Assembly (NCBI GenBank): GCA_913051775.1
Contig: CAJXCL010000001.1
Coordinates: 21,936 to 85,935 of the forward strand
DNA from: an uncultured Nitrospirota bacterium
Lineage (GTDB): Bacteria; Nitrospinota; Nitrospinia; CAJXCL01
Direction: 5' to 3'
Length of the DNA stretch: 64,000 nt
In this document: in pieces, positions 10,102 to 20,209 of the stretch
How positions within the stretch are numbered: the stretch's first letter is position 1
Layout of the letters: each line of letters opens with the position of its first letter
Position numbers and translations under genes: made by a program
Notes under the pieces: model-generated
What the model saw: the letters and a program-made list of their open reading frames with translations, nothing else
What the model was told of the DNA's origin: nothing
Database searches by the model: none

Positions 10102-10521
10102 AATCGTACTATTTAATTTTCACAACAAATTTATCACAATTATTACAGACTTTTATACTATAATTTTTAGAGGTATAGAATTTATTAATCCGCGGAACAG
10201 AGAAGGGTCGCGAAATAATGAATATTGATTTATTTTTTTTCGTGCTTTTCGTGGTTGATTATTAAATTTGATTGCAGTTTTGTGGCGATATGCAAAGTCA
10301 AAGTGAACTGGTTCAGATATTATCAAGGTTGAAAAGAACCCCATACCCGGCTACCGAAGTATAAAAGAGATATGCGAATTAATAATGACAGATGTACGAG
10401 AGAAAGGACTGGACTGTTTAAGTGAAGAGTGGATAAGAGGAGATCTGTCTGAATTTAGAATCTTTGAATTGGCAGCTACTCTGAATCGCTTTCGAAGCCT
10501 AAAGGTAAAGCAAATAAGTTT

Positions 10522-10572
10522 GGAAGTGTTTAGCGAGCGCATTTCTAGCAGCTTGCTGCGGGGAGCTTCAAT
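10522..10572. repeat. Family-A repeat, short form (A4)
   Basis: 'gaagtgtttagcgagcgcatttctagcagcttgctgcggggagcttcaat'. Intergenic between cobO and the CDP-alcohol phosphatidyltransferase operon. Confidence 0.7.
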
Positions 10573-10617
10573 TTCAGGCAACCTGCTATCACCCAGATTG
10601 CCTTTTACACCAGTTCT

Positions 10618-11886
10618 TCAAGCTGTCTGAATTCTCGGTTTTCTCCAGAAAGGTGAGAGGATATAGATGAAAATTGGACCGCTCAAAAAGCCGATGGGAT
10701 TAATGAAAACTGCCGGGATGAGCCCGAGGGACACGCTGATGATTATTTCGGTTATCCGCATTGTCGGTAGAATTCGATTAAAATGCTGCCAGAAGATTTT
10801 GAATGAACACATCAGAACGGCTGCAATGACTTCGATAATAATACCAACTGCCGGTGGAACACAAAGGATAGTGGAAGATATCAGCCAGGCCCCGGCCGGA
10901 CTTGGGAGACCGCGAAAAAAGCCTGGTGGTGTGATATCTTTAGTTTTACTGTAATCATACAACCTGATGCAGATGGCTGTGAAATAAATAAGCCCGCCTA
11001 TCATGTTTGCTGCTGTCCACCCTGTCATGGCAGCTACCAGCACGGCTGGAGCCAGGCCGAAACTGACCAGGTCTGCTATGGTATCAAAATCTTTGCCGAA
11101 CTTACTGGTTACGCCAAGGCGTCTGGCCACTGAACCGTCTATCAGATCAAAGCCCATGGCGGCAAAATTTAACAGGACTCCGGTTTTCAACTGGCTCTGG
11201 CTTGCGTACAATATGGCCAATAGCCCGCAGATGAGGTTGCTTAAAGTTAAAAGCTGCGGGATTAGCAGACAGATAGAATGTTTCGCTTTGTCCGGTATAA
11301 CGCGGATAGCAACTGAGATACTCGCAAGCACCAGTGCTGTCCAGATTAGCAAGTTGCCAATGACGTTTAACCGAGGGACGTTGGTCAGAATCGCTATGCC
11401 GAAGAAAAGTTTTGATAGATTCTGAGACAGGGCCTTTTTTTTACCGAACTCGTTGGCGCCTTGTACCTGAGTGCCTCGCAGGAAGGTCGAGGCAATGTCG
11501 AGGGCAAAAAGGATAGCAAGAGCAGTATGGTTAATAGCCGACCAGAATAGGATCAAAGTACTGTAAGTGATCAGTTTGTCTACTGCCGGGTCAAGAACTT
11601 TTCCATGCTGGCTAACCTGGCCTGTTTCCCTGGCCAGAGCGCCATCCACAATGTCAAACATGATGACTATTGTTACCAGCAGCAGGGCAAGCAGACCGAT
11701 TAGCTGCCACCAGATACCGAGCAGTTCTCCCAGTTCGTGCATATAGACCCATAAAAACCAGCCCGGTGCAAAAAATAGAAGACGGGCAACGGTGATCTGG
11801 TTAGGAGAAATTCCTAAATCATACCCGATCCACCTGACAAATTTTCTAAACTGATTACGTGGCATTTGCACAAATAATTCTCTCAT
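10618..11886 (-). CDS. Tandem (duplicated) CDP-alcohol phosphatidyltransferase fusion protein
   Basis: 422 aa polytopic membrane protein carrying two complete D-G-x2-A-R-x8-G-x3-D-x3-D signatures: 'DIVDGALARETGQVSQHGKVLDPAVD' and 'DLIDGSVARRLGVTSKFGKDFDTIAD'. Confidence 0.7.
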   Translation of the reverse strand: MRELFVQMPRNQFRKFVRWIGYDLGISPNQITVARLLFFAPGWFLWVYMHELGELLGIWWQLIGLLALLLVTIVIMFDIVDGALARETGQVSQHGKVLDPAVDKLITYSTLILFWSAINHTALAILFALDIASTFLRGTQVQGANEFGKKKALSQNLSKLFFGIAILTNVPRLNVIGNLLIWTALVLASISVAIRVIPDKAKHSICLLIPQLLTLSNLICGLLAILYASQSQLKTGVLLNFAAMGFDLIDGSVARRLGVTSKFGKDFDTIADLVSFGLAPAVLVAAMTGWTAANMIGGLIYFTAICIRLYDYSKTKDITPPGFFRGLPSPAGAWLISSTILCVPPAVGIIIEVIAAVLMCSFKIFWQHFNRILPTMRITEIIISVSLGLIPAVFINPIGFLSGPIFIYILSPFWRKPRIQTA

Positions 11887-12401
11887 TTTCTTCCTGCTTT
11901 ATAAAGATTGCGAATTTGCAATAATGTTTCATTATACAATCCGGTTTTAAAATCGGGGAAGCTGTAAGGGTATGAATGGAAGTTTCCCTTTTCATACCAG
12001 AGAGTCGGATCAGCATAAATTCCAAGGTAAAGGTAAATTTTTTGCCCGTTGTATTTGGCAGAAGCTAAAACCACTTTGTTTAAATCCATATACCCCGGAT
12101 CCAGGTTCACCTTTCGTTTACTGTTTACAGATAGAAGGTTTTCTACTTCATTAGTTTTTATTTTTGTTTTAGCTAATTCGCCTGGATCAATTAAATTTGT
12201 AAAAGAAACAAATTTTCGTAAAACAGGGCTGCCCATTTCATCTTTATAGTAATTTGAAACAGTAAAATTAAAATCTGGACTCGTGTAATCTATTTCTCCA
12301 AACTTTTCCTTGAGAAAGCAGATTGCCTTTTCTAGTAATTTCGCATCGCTGAATAAAATTCCGATAAAAAACTTTACAGTATCTGGTTCAATTGGTTTCA
12401 T
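11883..12401 (-). CDS. Conserved hypothetical protein (possibly DUF4416-like), translationally coupled to the phosphatidyltransferase
   Basis: 172 aa, soluble. Its stop overlaps the downstream phosphatidyltransferase start by 4 nt. No catalytic motif recognised. Confidence 0.5.
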   Translation of the reverse strand: MKPIEPDTVKFFIGILFSDAKLLEKAICFLKEKFGEIDYTSPDFNFTVSNYYKDEMGSPVLRKFVSFTNLIDPGELAKTKIKTNEVENLLSVNSKRKVNLDPGYMDLNKVVLASAKYNGQKIYLYLGIYADPTLWYEKGNFHSYPYSFPDFKTGLYNETLLQIRNLYKAGRK

Positions 12402-12510
12402 TGTAGTTTAATCTTCGTGACATTCATGAATTCAAGCCTTTGCAGGTACTCTTCACTGGGCGAATCTGCGAAGCCACGCTTAGCGGGGCGAAGCTAAATT
12501 CGTGGTTAAC

Positions 12511-13407
12511 TTATTTTGGCGTCCAGAGTCCCAAAGCCCTTTCTTTTTCGAGATTAATTTTTAATGTTGTCATGGCCTGTTCAGAGAGCTCTTTGTCAAT
12601 CCCGAAAACATCATGAATAGCTTCGTGAAAATTGTTTTTAATATTAAAATTTTGTTTCCCATCAAAAGTTGTTTTGCGCATAAAATTACCGCAGACAAAA
12701 AAAATCCCCTCATCTATTGTTTTGCTTAAATAAAGTCTATGCATGGAATTCCATTTAAAAGAAGCAAGCCAGTGCCGCAAAAATTCATCATCTGTCACAG
12801 GTTTATCCTGAAACCTGTAACGCCATTTAGTTTCAAAATTGTTAAAAGTAAACAAATTATAGCTTTGATTTTTTTGATCGAATTCAAGTTTTACTCCTGC
12901 AAATTTATTATTGATGAGTTGATTTTTTTCAGGATTGATTTCCATTGGTTTTTTCAGGAGATAGCCGGGATCCACCAGATATTTAACAGAACCCAAAACT
13001 ACGATCAGGCAGCAATGGATGTTTTTACCGGCACGCATCTCCGCCATGACAGGATAACAAATAAATTCGCAATAATTCAAAATACTTTGAATGAAAAAAG
13101 TTAAAGAAAAACAGGTGCCGCCTAATTTATAGGAAATATAGTCTTCTATAAGCTCCTCCGGTAGACGGATTTTATTTTCAGAGTCCCAATCATTGTCCAA
13201 TTTTATTATTTTGCTGAGATTTTCATAAGGAAGATTAGAAAAATGAAGTAGGAGTTCCTGCAAAAAAATCGAATCAGGCTTTTTTCGCTTAAGTTTAAAG
13301 AACTCAAGAAAACGTTTCACTCCCTCGTCGTGAGCAGTAAGGTCTAACAAAATTTTTTGGCTATCATCTATCATTAAAAAGTTGCAAAAATTTCTTTTTT
13401 TTCGCAT
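12511..13407 (-). CDS. Arylamine N-acetyltransferase (NAT)-family / transglutaminase-like Cys-protease-fold protein
   Basis: 298 aa. 'NLPYENL' and 'LGGTCFSL' (catalytic Cys), then 'HCCLIVV' (His) and 'DPGYLL' (Asp), matching the NAT Cys-His-Asp triad order. Confidence 0.55.
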   Translation of the reverse strand: MRKKRNFCNFLMIDDSQKILLDLTAHDEGVKRFLEFFKLKRKKPDSIFLQELLLHFSNLPYENLSKIIKLDNDWDSENKIRLPEELIEDYISYKLGGTCFSLTFFIQSILNYCEFICYPVMAEMRAGKNIHCCLIVVLGSVKYLVDPGYLLKKPMEINPEKNQLINNKFAGVKLEFDQKNQSYNLFTFNNFETKWRYRFQDKPVTDDEFLRHWLASFKWNSMHRLYLSKTIDEGIFFVCGNFMRKTTFDGKQNFNIKNNFHEAIHDVFGIDKELSEQAMTTLKINLEKERALGLWTPK

Positions 13408-13448
13408 TATATTATAATAAAGGTTTAATTTTTACTAAGGAAATTTTT

Positions 13449-13766
13449 ATGGCTGTAGATGAACAGAGTTTTGAAGAAAATGTTTTAACCAAAAAGAGAG
13501 AAAAAGTAGAAAAACCACCTCTTTACAGGGTTGTTTTACATAACGATAATTATACAACTATGGAGTTTGTTGTATTGGTACTCCAGAAATTTTTTTATAA
13601 AAACGAAACTGAAGCCAACCATATAATGTTAAATGTGCATAAAAAGGGTAGGGGAATCGCGGGTATTTTTACATTCGAGGTGGCTGAGACAAAATTGAGC
13701 CAGGTTCATTCTTTCGCGAAGAATCAAGACCATCCTTTGAAATGCAGTTTGGAGCCGGATAAATGA
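13449..13766 (+). CDS. clpS: ATP-dependent Clp protease adaptor ClpS
   Basis: 105 aa. '[20 protein letters not shown]...' conserved ClpS core. Overlaps clpA by 4 nt. Confidence 0.9.
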   Translation: MAVDEQSFEENVLTKKREKVEKPPLYRVVLHNDNYTTMEFVVLVLQKFFYKNETEANHIMLNVHKKGRGIAGIFTFEVAETKLSQVHSFAKNQDHPLKCSLEPDK

Positions 13767-16033
13767 GTTTGATTAGCCATGAAGTTGAAATAGCCTTTAA
13801 AGTAGCTTCAGCAGATGCTCATTCACGGCGACATGAGTTTTTGACATTGGAGCATCTCCTCTTTGCGCTCCTTCATGATGCTGAAACGTCCGGAATTATT
13901 GAATATTGCGGAGGAGAACCTGGGACGATCAAAAATGAATTAAATGATTTTTTGAGCAAACAGTTTACTCCTTTACCAGAAGGCAGTGAAGCAAAACCGG
14001 AACCTACAATAGCTTTTCAGAGGACCATTCAAAGGGCAGCTATTCATCTCCGGAATTCGGAAAAAAATGGGCAAATAACGGGCGCTGATTTAATTGTCGC
14101 ATTTTTTGACGAAGCTGATTCTTTTGCAGTATATTCCCTGAAAAAATTAGGCATTACCCGATACCATATTGTCAATTACCTTGCCCATGGAATTCCTGGG
14201 ACTGGAGAAGAGGGAGAAATCTTACCCGAGAAGGAAGAAGAGCCCGGTATTCCTAAAGAGGGTAAGCGGCCTGGAAAGAGCCCGCTTGATCTTTTTACTG
14301 TAAACCTTGTTGAAAAAGCAGCAAAAGGGGAGATCGATCCGATTATAGGACGTACAGCAGAGTTAACCAGAACAATTCATACTCTTTGCCGCAGGCGAAA
14401 AAACAACCCGCTTTTTGTGGGAGATTCTGGCGTTGGCAAAACAGCAATTGCCGAAGGCCTGGCTTTAAGAATATTTGAAGGGAAAGTACCTGATATTCTC
14501 AAAGATGCAGTTATTTTTTCGCTGGATATGGGATCATTGCTGGCCGGCACAAAATATCGTGGTGATTTTGAGACGCGTTTAAAAGGGGTCCTTAAATCTC
14601 TCAAGAAGCTGAAAAATACCGTTCTCTTTATTGATGAAATTCATACGATTGTTGGCGGAGGCGCAACATCTGGCGGAGCTATGGATGCCTCCAATCTGCT
14701 AAAACCGTCATTAGCTTCCGGAGAATTGAAGTGCATTGGGTCCACTACCTATAACGATTACCGTAATTATTTTGAGAAAGATAGAGCACTGGCACGACGC
14801 TTCCAGAAAATTGAGGTCAATGAACCGTCCCTAGATGAATCTATACAAATACTCAAAGGGTTGAAATCTCATTATGAGAAATTCCATAATGTTAGGTTTA
14901 CAATGTCGGCTTTACGGGCAGCTGTTGAGCTTTCCGCTAAATATATTAACGACCGGAAACTTCCGGATAAGGCAATAGATGTAATTGATGAAGTAGGCGC
15001 GTCAATGAAGATATTACCTCCGTACAAACAGAAAACAACCATTGGGACTAAAGAAATTGAACAGATTGTGGCCGGCATTGCAAGAATCCCTGCAAAAACA
15101 GTATCCACCAGTGATAAAAAACACCTTAAAACTCTTGAGCGTGATCTTAAGCTTCAAATCTTTGGACAGGATAAAGCCATTAAGGCTTTATCAAGCGCAA
15201 TTAAATTATCGAGAGCCGGACTGTCACACCCTGAGAAACCGATCGGATCCTATTTATTTACAGGCCCAACAGGTGTCGGCAAGACCGAGGTGGGCAAACA
15301 ATTAGCTCATATAATGGGTGTTAAATTTTTACGTTTTGATATGAGTGAATATTCAGAACGACACACCGTTTCCAGGTTAATAGGAGCTCCGCCCGGTTAT
15401 GTAGGGTTTGATCAGGGGGGGCTGTTAACCGAAGCTGTGAACCAGTCTCCCTATTCCGTTTTGCTGCTTGATGAAATGGAAAAGGCTCATCCGGACCTGT
15501 TCAATATTTTATTGCAGGTGATGGACTATGCCACATTAACAGACAACAATGGGAAAAAAGCTGATTTTCGGAATGTGATTTTAATTATGACCAGTAACGT
15601 AGGCGCCCGCGAACTGGCGAGAGAAACAATTGGATTTGGCAAGGATGAATCCGCTAAAAAAAGCGGCTCTGATAAACCGTTGAAAGAAACCTTCAGCCCC
15701 GAATTCCGGAATCGCCTCGATGCAGTTATAACATTCAGCCAATTAGGCATCGATATTATAGAACGGATAGTGGATAAATTCATAATTGAACTTGAAACTC
15801 AACTTATAGACAAGAAAGTATTGTTGCGGCTGACACCGGAAGCCAGGACATGGCTGGCAAAGAAAGGATATGATCCCGTTTACGGAGCGCGTCCTTTGGC
15901 GCGCGTTATCCATCAGGAAATCAAACAGTCCCTCGGCAATGAAATTCTATTTGGAAAACTTGAGAAAGGTGGAACCGTGGAGATAGGACTCAAGGATGAG
16001 AAGCTTACATTTTTCTACAATTCAAGAAATTAG
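13763..16033 (+). CDS. clpA: ATP-dependent Clp protease ATP-binding subunit ClpA
   Basis: 756 aa. Two AAA+ modules (Walker A 'GDSGVGKT' and 'GPTGVGKT'). ClpA-type N-domain. Downstream of clpS. Confidence 0.9.
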   Translation: MSLISHEVEIAFKVASADAHSRRHEFLTLEHLLFALLHDAETSGIIEYCGGEPGTIKNELNDFLSKQFTPLPEGSEAKPEPTIAFQRTIQRAAIHLRNSEKNGQITGADLIVAFFDEADSFAVYSLKKLGITRYHIVNYLAHGIPGTGEEGEILPEKEEEPGIPKEGKRPGKSPLDLFTVNLVEKAAKGEIDPIIGRTAELTRTIHTLCRRRKNNPLFVGDSGVGKTAIAEGLALRIFEGKVPDILKDAVIFSLDMGSLLAGTKYRGDFETRLKGVLKSLKKLKNTVLFIDEIHTIVGGGATSGGAMDASNLLKPSLASGELKCIGSTTYNDYRNYFEKDRALARRFQKIEVNEPSLDESIQILKGLKSHYEKFHNVRFTMSALRAAVELSAKYINDRKLPDKAIDVIDEVGASMKILPPYKQKTTIGTKEIEQIVAGIARIPAKTVSTSDKKHLKTLERDLKLQIFGQDKAIKALSSAIKLSRAGLSHPEKPIGSYLFTGPTGVGKTEVGKQLAHIMGVKFLRFDMSEYSERHTVSRLIGAPPGYVGFDQGGLLTEAVNQSPYSVLLLDEMEKAHPDLFNILLQVMDYATLTDNNGKKADFRNVILIMTSNVGARELARETIGFGKDESAKKSGSDKPLKETFSPEFRNRLDAVITFSQLGIDIIERIVDKFIIELETQLIDKKVLLRLTPEARTWLAKKGYDPVYGARPLARVIHQEIKQSLGNEILFGKLEKGGTVEIGLKDEKLTFFYNSRN

Positions 16034-16409
16034 GCTTATCTTTTGCAGCAACCACCGAACAGGTTAGACCGCTCATAGTAGATGGACAAAATCCACTCGA
16101 CTATCAATCTAAATATCCCATTAGGCGGGTTTTACATTTAACCACCGATGGTCCGCCTCGAGGAGCCGTAAAAGAATTTTTTGATTGTGTTTATTCCAAT
16201 GAAGGCAAAGCAGTCATAAAAAAGCGATTTATGCCTTTACAATAATATACGAAGTTGTCGTACCGCAATGGCGGCACCCATAAACGATGGAAATTTTAGA
16301 TTATCAGTGTCGTAGATTTCCAATCAAGTCGAGAGTGGTAATTCTACCCTTATGTCATTTCCGCAAAAGCGGGAATCTATTTTGTTGATTATAGTAACAG
16401 TATTTTCTT

Positions 16410-17072
16410 ATGTTAATCGGTCTTGCTGACAACATTCCATTTCCTGACGTTAAAAAGGCTACCCCTGAAGGGCTGGTTGCTGTTGGGGGTAACTTGTCTC
16501 CGAAGAGACTTCTTTCAGCTTACCGGCAGGGAATTTTTCCATGGTACAGCGAAAATCAGCCGATATTCTGGTGGTCGCTAGACCCACGGGGAATTATTCC
16601 ATTAGATGATTTTCATGTGGGTGCAACCTTAATTAAAGTTTTAAAGCGAAAGATTTTTGAAATTAAAATTAATACCGCTTTTGAAGATGTTATGAGAGCG
16701 TGCGCTGTTCGGTCTGACGGCAGTGAATCAGGGTGGATTACTGAAGAGATGATTTCAGCCTATACGGAACTTCATCGGCTTGGAAACGCGCATAGTATAG
16801 AATCTTGGCGGAATGGGAAGCTGGTGGGAGGAGTCTATGGTATTGCAATAGGCGGTTTATTTGCCGCGGAATCTATGTTTTACCTGGAATCAAATGCATC
16901 AAAAATAGCGCTGACAGCATTGGTTGAGCGTATGAAAGAAACGGGATTTACCCTATTTGACTGCCAGATGGTAACCAATGTGACAAAAAGAATGGGCGCC
17001 ATTGAAATCAGCCGTGAAGAATATTTAAAACAGCTGAATAAGGCTTTATTGCAGAATTGTATATTTATTTGA
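16410..17072 (+). CDS. aat: Leucyl/phenylalanyl-tRNA--protein transferase
   Basis: 220 aa. 'RLLSAYRQGIFPWY...PIFWWSLDPRGI' Aat signature. Classic clpS-clpA-aat N-end-rule arrangement. Confidence 0.9.
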   Translation: MLIGLADNIPFPDVKKATPEGLVAVGGNLSPKRLLSAYRQGIFPWYSENQPIFWWSLDPRGIIPLDDFHVGATLIKVLKRKIFEIKINTAFEDVMRACAVRSDGSESGWITEEMISAYTELHRLGNAHSIESWRNGKLVGGVYGIAIGGLFAAESMFYLESNASKIALTALVERMKETGFTLFDCQMVTNVTKRMGAIEISREEYLKQLNKALLQNCIFI

Positions 17073-17193
17073 AGTGGTAAAAGTTTTTTTAACCACAATT
17101 TTATAAATTACGCTAATTTTTTTGGTATAATTCTTTTCTAAATAATTTTTAGTGTAATTAGTGTAATTTGTGGTTTTTTTTTAGGAGATAAGA

Positions 17194-18168
17194 ATGGTGT
17201 TTCCAATAACACGCCTGAGGCGGCTGAGAAAAAATGAAAATTTGAGAAGGATGATCAGGGAAACCAGGCTGTCGGTTGATAACCTCATCTATCCTCTGTT
17301 TGTAACATTTGGAAAAGGCGTTAAAGATGAAATTTCATCCATGCCAGGGCATTACAGGTTTTCTGTCGATAAAATAACGGAGGAGGTAAAGGAAGCTCAA
17401 AACCTTAAAATTCCGGCGATTATACTATTCGGTATCCCGGAGCATAAGGATGAAGTAGGTTCAGAAGCCTATAACAAATGCGGCGTTGTGCAGGGAGCAG
17501 TTAAAGCAATTAAATCTGCCACACCTGAAATAATTGTAATTACCGACGTCTGTATCGATGAATACACCTCTCATGGACATTGCGGACTTGTTAAGGGAGA
17601 TGAAATTCTAAATGACCCGACCCTTGAGCTTCTTTCAAAAATGGCTTTAACGCATGTGGAAGCAGGAGCGGATATGGTAGCGCCTTCCGATATGATGGAC
17701 GGACGTGTGGGTGCAATAAGAGAAACCCTTGATGATAATGGTTTTGATAATATACCGATAATGGCTTATTCCGCAAAATATGCTTCGGCGTTTTACGGTC
17801 CGTTCAGGGAAGCGGCTGATTCAGAGCCGAAGTTTGGAGACCGCAAGTCATACCAGATGGACCCTCCAAACAGCGAGGAAGCCATGAGAGAAGTTCTTCT
17901 TGATATTGAAGAAGGAGCGGATATCGTCATGGTAAAACCAGCCTTACCCTACCTTGATATAATCTACAGGGTAAAACATGAACTTGGTATGCCTGTTGCC
18001 GCATACAACGTGAGTGGAGAGTTTTCTTTAATAAAAGCCGCAGGCCAAAAAGGATGGGTTGATGAAGAACGGGTAATGATGGAAGCGCTCATCAGCATCA
18101 AACGCGCTGGAGCGGATATGATCCTCACCTACTTTGCCAAAGAAGCCGCTCGGGTTCTTACTGCTTAA
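17194..18168 (+). CDS. hemB: Porphobilinogen synthase (delta-aminolevulinate dehydratase)
   Basis: 324 aa. '[18 protein letters not shown]...LIYPLFV' and active-site Lys region '[10 protein letters not shown]'. Confidence 0.9.
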   Translation: MVFPITRLRRLRKNENLRRMIRETRLSVDNLIYPLFVTFGKGVKDEISSMPGHYRFSVDKITEEVKEAQNLKIPAIILFGIPEHKDEVGSEAYNKCGVVQGAVKAIKSATPEIIVITDVCIDEYTSHGHCGLVKGDEILNDPTLELLSKMALTHVEAGADMVAPSDMMDGRVGAIRETLDDNGFDNIPIMAYSAKYASAFYGPFREAADSEPKFGDRKSYQMDPPNSEEAMREVLLDIEEGADIVMVKPALPYLDIIYRVKHELGMPVAAYNVSGEFSLIKAAGQKGWVDEERVMMEALISIKRAGADMILTYFAKEAARVLTA

Positions 18169-18704
18169 TAAATGCAGGAACAATAATTTTAACAGGTCCT
18201 ATAATTTCCATTTGAAGAGAAAAGTTTTTTATGCGGTTCAGTCTAATTCCATCAATCTCTTTTCCTTTAGGGCAGATAAGTCGTCCGGTTTTTGATGTAA
18301 GTTATTCATATTAATGCTCTGGAGTAATACTCGGGTGGAGGTTTTTCCGGCTCAAAAGGTCCGGAATGTAATCTCTCCAACAGCCATTTCAACATTCTTA
18401 ACAATCTCTTTATCCATTACAGTTTCGGTTCATCAGGATATTACAATAAGGAAACAACGACTCCTGGATGAGCGATTACCGAATCTTCCTTGGATACAAA
18501 TTCTAATCAAAGTTTTTGATTAAACAGACAATCAGGCTTTTTTACAAATCCTGAACGCCCCACTTTTCCACAATCCTCTTGTAAGCATCGTCTGCTTTAA
18601 TCTGCTACAAACTATGCGCTATAAGCAGCAAGTTACGAATCGAATGCTATCTGCAATTTGTTACTGGTTTTAGTGAATTAGTGGCTATGCAGATTTACCC
18701 GGGG

Positions 18705-19895
18705 TCAAGTTGTGACTTCCTCTTTTTCTTTTTGAGTCTGGATAGGTTCGTATATGCAGTAGGGTTCTTCTTCGAGGTAATTTCCTTTTTCAAAATAGGC
18801 GCGGGCTCTGCACCCTTCACAAACCTTTTTATATTCGCAAATGCCGCATTTTCCCAACAGAAGGTCAGGATCTCGCAAATTCTTAAAAACTTCAGAGTTG
18901 TCCCATACGTCTTTAAAAGATTGTTTCAGGATATGCCCTGCTTCCACTGGCAGGTATCCGCACGGAAAGACCTCTCCTTTATGGGACACAAAGCAGATCG
19001 AGCTGCCAGCCAAACAGCCTTTGGTCATGGCTGCCATGCCGTGAGTCTTAGGTGTGATTTTTATCCCGTCCTCTTTTGCCCTCTGCCGCATGATTCTAAA
19101 ATAATGAGGAGCACAGGTAGCTTTTGTTTCAATTTTCTTTTCTAAGGAAACATCATAAAACCAGTTCAACACTTCCTCGTATTGCTCCGGTGGGAGCATC
19201 TGGTCATCGGCGATCTCAACACCACATCCAACAGGTACTAACATAAATATATGCAGGGCATGGACTCCAAGCTCTACGGCGTTTTTGTATAATTGCTTAA
19301 TTTCATGGACGTTGTGTTTGGCAATGGTGCTGTTTATCTGGACACTCATGCCGAGTTTCTGTAAATGCTTTAATCCTCTGAGCGCCATATCAAAAGAGCC
19401 GGGAAGTTTTCTGAATTCATCATGCGTTTTGCTGGTAGCCCCGTCAAAACTGATGGATACCCGTTGAATCCCTGAGTCGACTATTTTTTGTGCTATCGCT
19501 TCATCAATCGATGTCCCATTTGTAGCTAAGGCCAAAGTCAAACCTTTTTTTACCCCGTATTTGGCAATGTCGAAAATATCAGGACGAAAGAGCGGCTCGC
19601 CTCCGGATAAGACAAGGATTGGTTTTCCAACACTTGCGATATTATCAATAAGCTGGAAGGACTGTTCTGTAGTTAGATCATCCCTCATTAATTCTTTGCT
19701 GACGTCCAGTCGTCGGCAATGAACGCATTCCAAGTTACATCCCGCAGTTGTTTCCCAGAATATAAGCCTGAGCTGGTTTTTGACATTTTTCATAAAATGA
19801 GCCGCATGATGTGACCCATGCTTTTTATCATCTTTTATTTTATGAAACATTTCTTTTATTGTTGCATCTTTCGGGTGTCCTAAATTATGAGTCAT
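18705..19895 (-). CDS. Radical SAM / SPASM-domain protein of the NirJ/AhbC/AhbD (PqqE-like) type
   Basis: 396 aa. 'TTAGCNLECVHC' CxxxCxxC. C-terminal Cys cluster 'CGICEYKKVCEGC' typical of a SPASM auxiliary-cluster domain. His-rich N-terminus. Confidence 0.65.
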   Translation of the reverse strand: MTHNLGHPKDATIKEMFHKIKDDKKHGSHHAAHFMKNVKNQLRLIFWETTAGCNLECVHCRRLDVSKELMRDDLTTEQSFQLIDNIASVGKPILVLSGGEPLFRPDIFDIAKYGVKKGLTLALATNGTSIDEAIAQKIVDSGIQRVSISFDGATSKTHDEFRKLPGSFDMALRGLKHLQKLGMSVQINSTIAKHNVHEIKQLYKNAVELGVHALHIFMLVPVGCGVEIADDQMLPPEQYEEVLNWFYDVSLEKKIETKATCAPHYFRIMRQRAKEDGIKITPKTHGMAAMTKGCLAGSSICFVSHKGEVFPCGYLPVEAGHILKQSFKDVWDNSEVFKNLRDPDLLLGKCGICEYKKVCEGCRARAYFEKGNYLEEEPYCIYEPIQTQKEKEEVTT

Positions 19896-19957
19896 TCAAA
19901 TCTCCTTTATTGGTGCATATTCGCGTAATTCGTGGTTAAGAAATAATAACATAAATC

Positions 19958-20106
19958 GGAGAGGCTCGACAACCACAATTCGGCATGGAAAGCCGAATTG
20001 GACGGATTCCGAAGGAAAAACGCCCCAAGGGTGAGGGCAGGGATGGCTGAAATCAAGTGAAGCTTCCGCTCCGGAGAGCTAATAAAAAAATTTGTTCAAA
20101 AAAAAT
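19958..20106 (+). repeat. Family-B ~145-nt structured intergenic element (copy B1; candidate ncRNA or cis-regulatory RNA)
   Basis: 'caaccacaattcgg...aattgga.gg.ttccgaag.aaaa.cgcc.caaggg.tgagg.ca.ggatggc.ga.aatcaa...hairpin...ctaataaaaa..ttgt.caaaaaaaa' is shared with 28843-28987 (about 80% identity). The terminal hairpin shows a compensatory change. Confidence 0.6.
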
Positions 20107-20209
20107 TTATTTTACAAATTAATAGTATAAGAGGTGAAGCTTTTCTAAACCTATTTATATCAGTAGGTAGTTGACTTAACAATTTCATTTTGTTTAAACT
20201 AAACGCATC

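Noticed and set aside
10385-10630. 81-aa ORF in the cobO/phosphatidyltransferase intergenic region
   Set aside because: Its C-terminal half is the translation of family-A repeat copy A4 (…SSLLRGASI…). The identical peptide string appears in the spurious 5978-6163 ORF. No RBS.
16000-16245. Protein-like 81-codon open frame downstream of clpA (…TTDGPPRGAVKEFFDCVYSNEGKAVIKKRFMPLQ*)
   Set aside because: No ATG/GTG/TTG start in frame until three codons before its stop. It could be a decayed pseudogene, but there is no recognisable family, so it is not called.
16034-16409. Search for tmRNA, RNase P RNA or 6S RNA in the large gene-free spacers (16034-16409, 18169-18704, 45419-46141, 47333-48115)
   Set aside because: None of the universally conserved blocks (GGAAAGUCCGG / ACAGAACCCGGCUUA for RNase P; 5'-GGGG…tag ORF…UCCACCA-3' for tmRNA) could be found by eye.
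18238-18309. 23-aa reverse-strand ORF (MNNLHQKPDDLSALKEKRLMELD) in the hemB/rSAM convergent spacer
   Set aside because: Too short. No RBS. Nothing recognisable.
18314-18523. 69-aa + strand ORF in the same spacer
   Set aside because: No RBS. Composition atypical for this genome's proteins. Not supported by any motif.
19958-20106. Possibility that the family-B element is an SRP (4.5S) RNA, because of 'ccgaaggaaaaacgccccaaggg' versus the SRP domain-IV 'ccGGAAGGAAGCAGCCAAGG'
   Set aside because: There are two divergent copies plus a partial one. No complementary 5' strand is present to form helix 8. The resemblance is limited to a purine-rich stretch.
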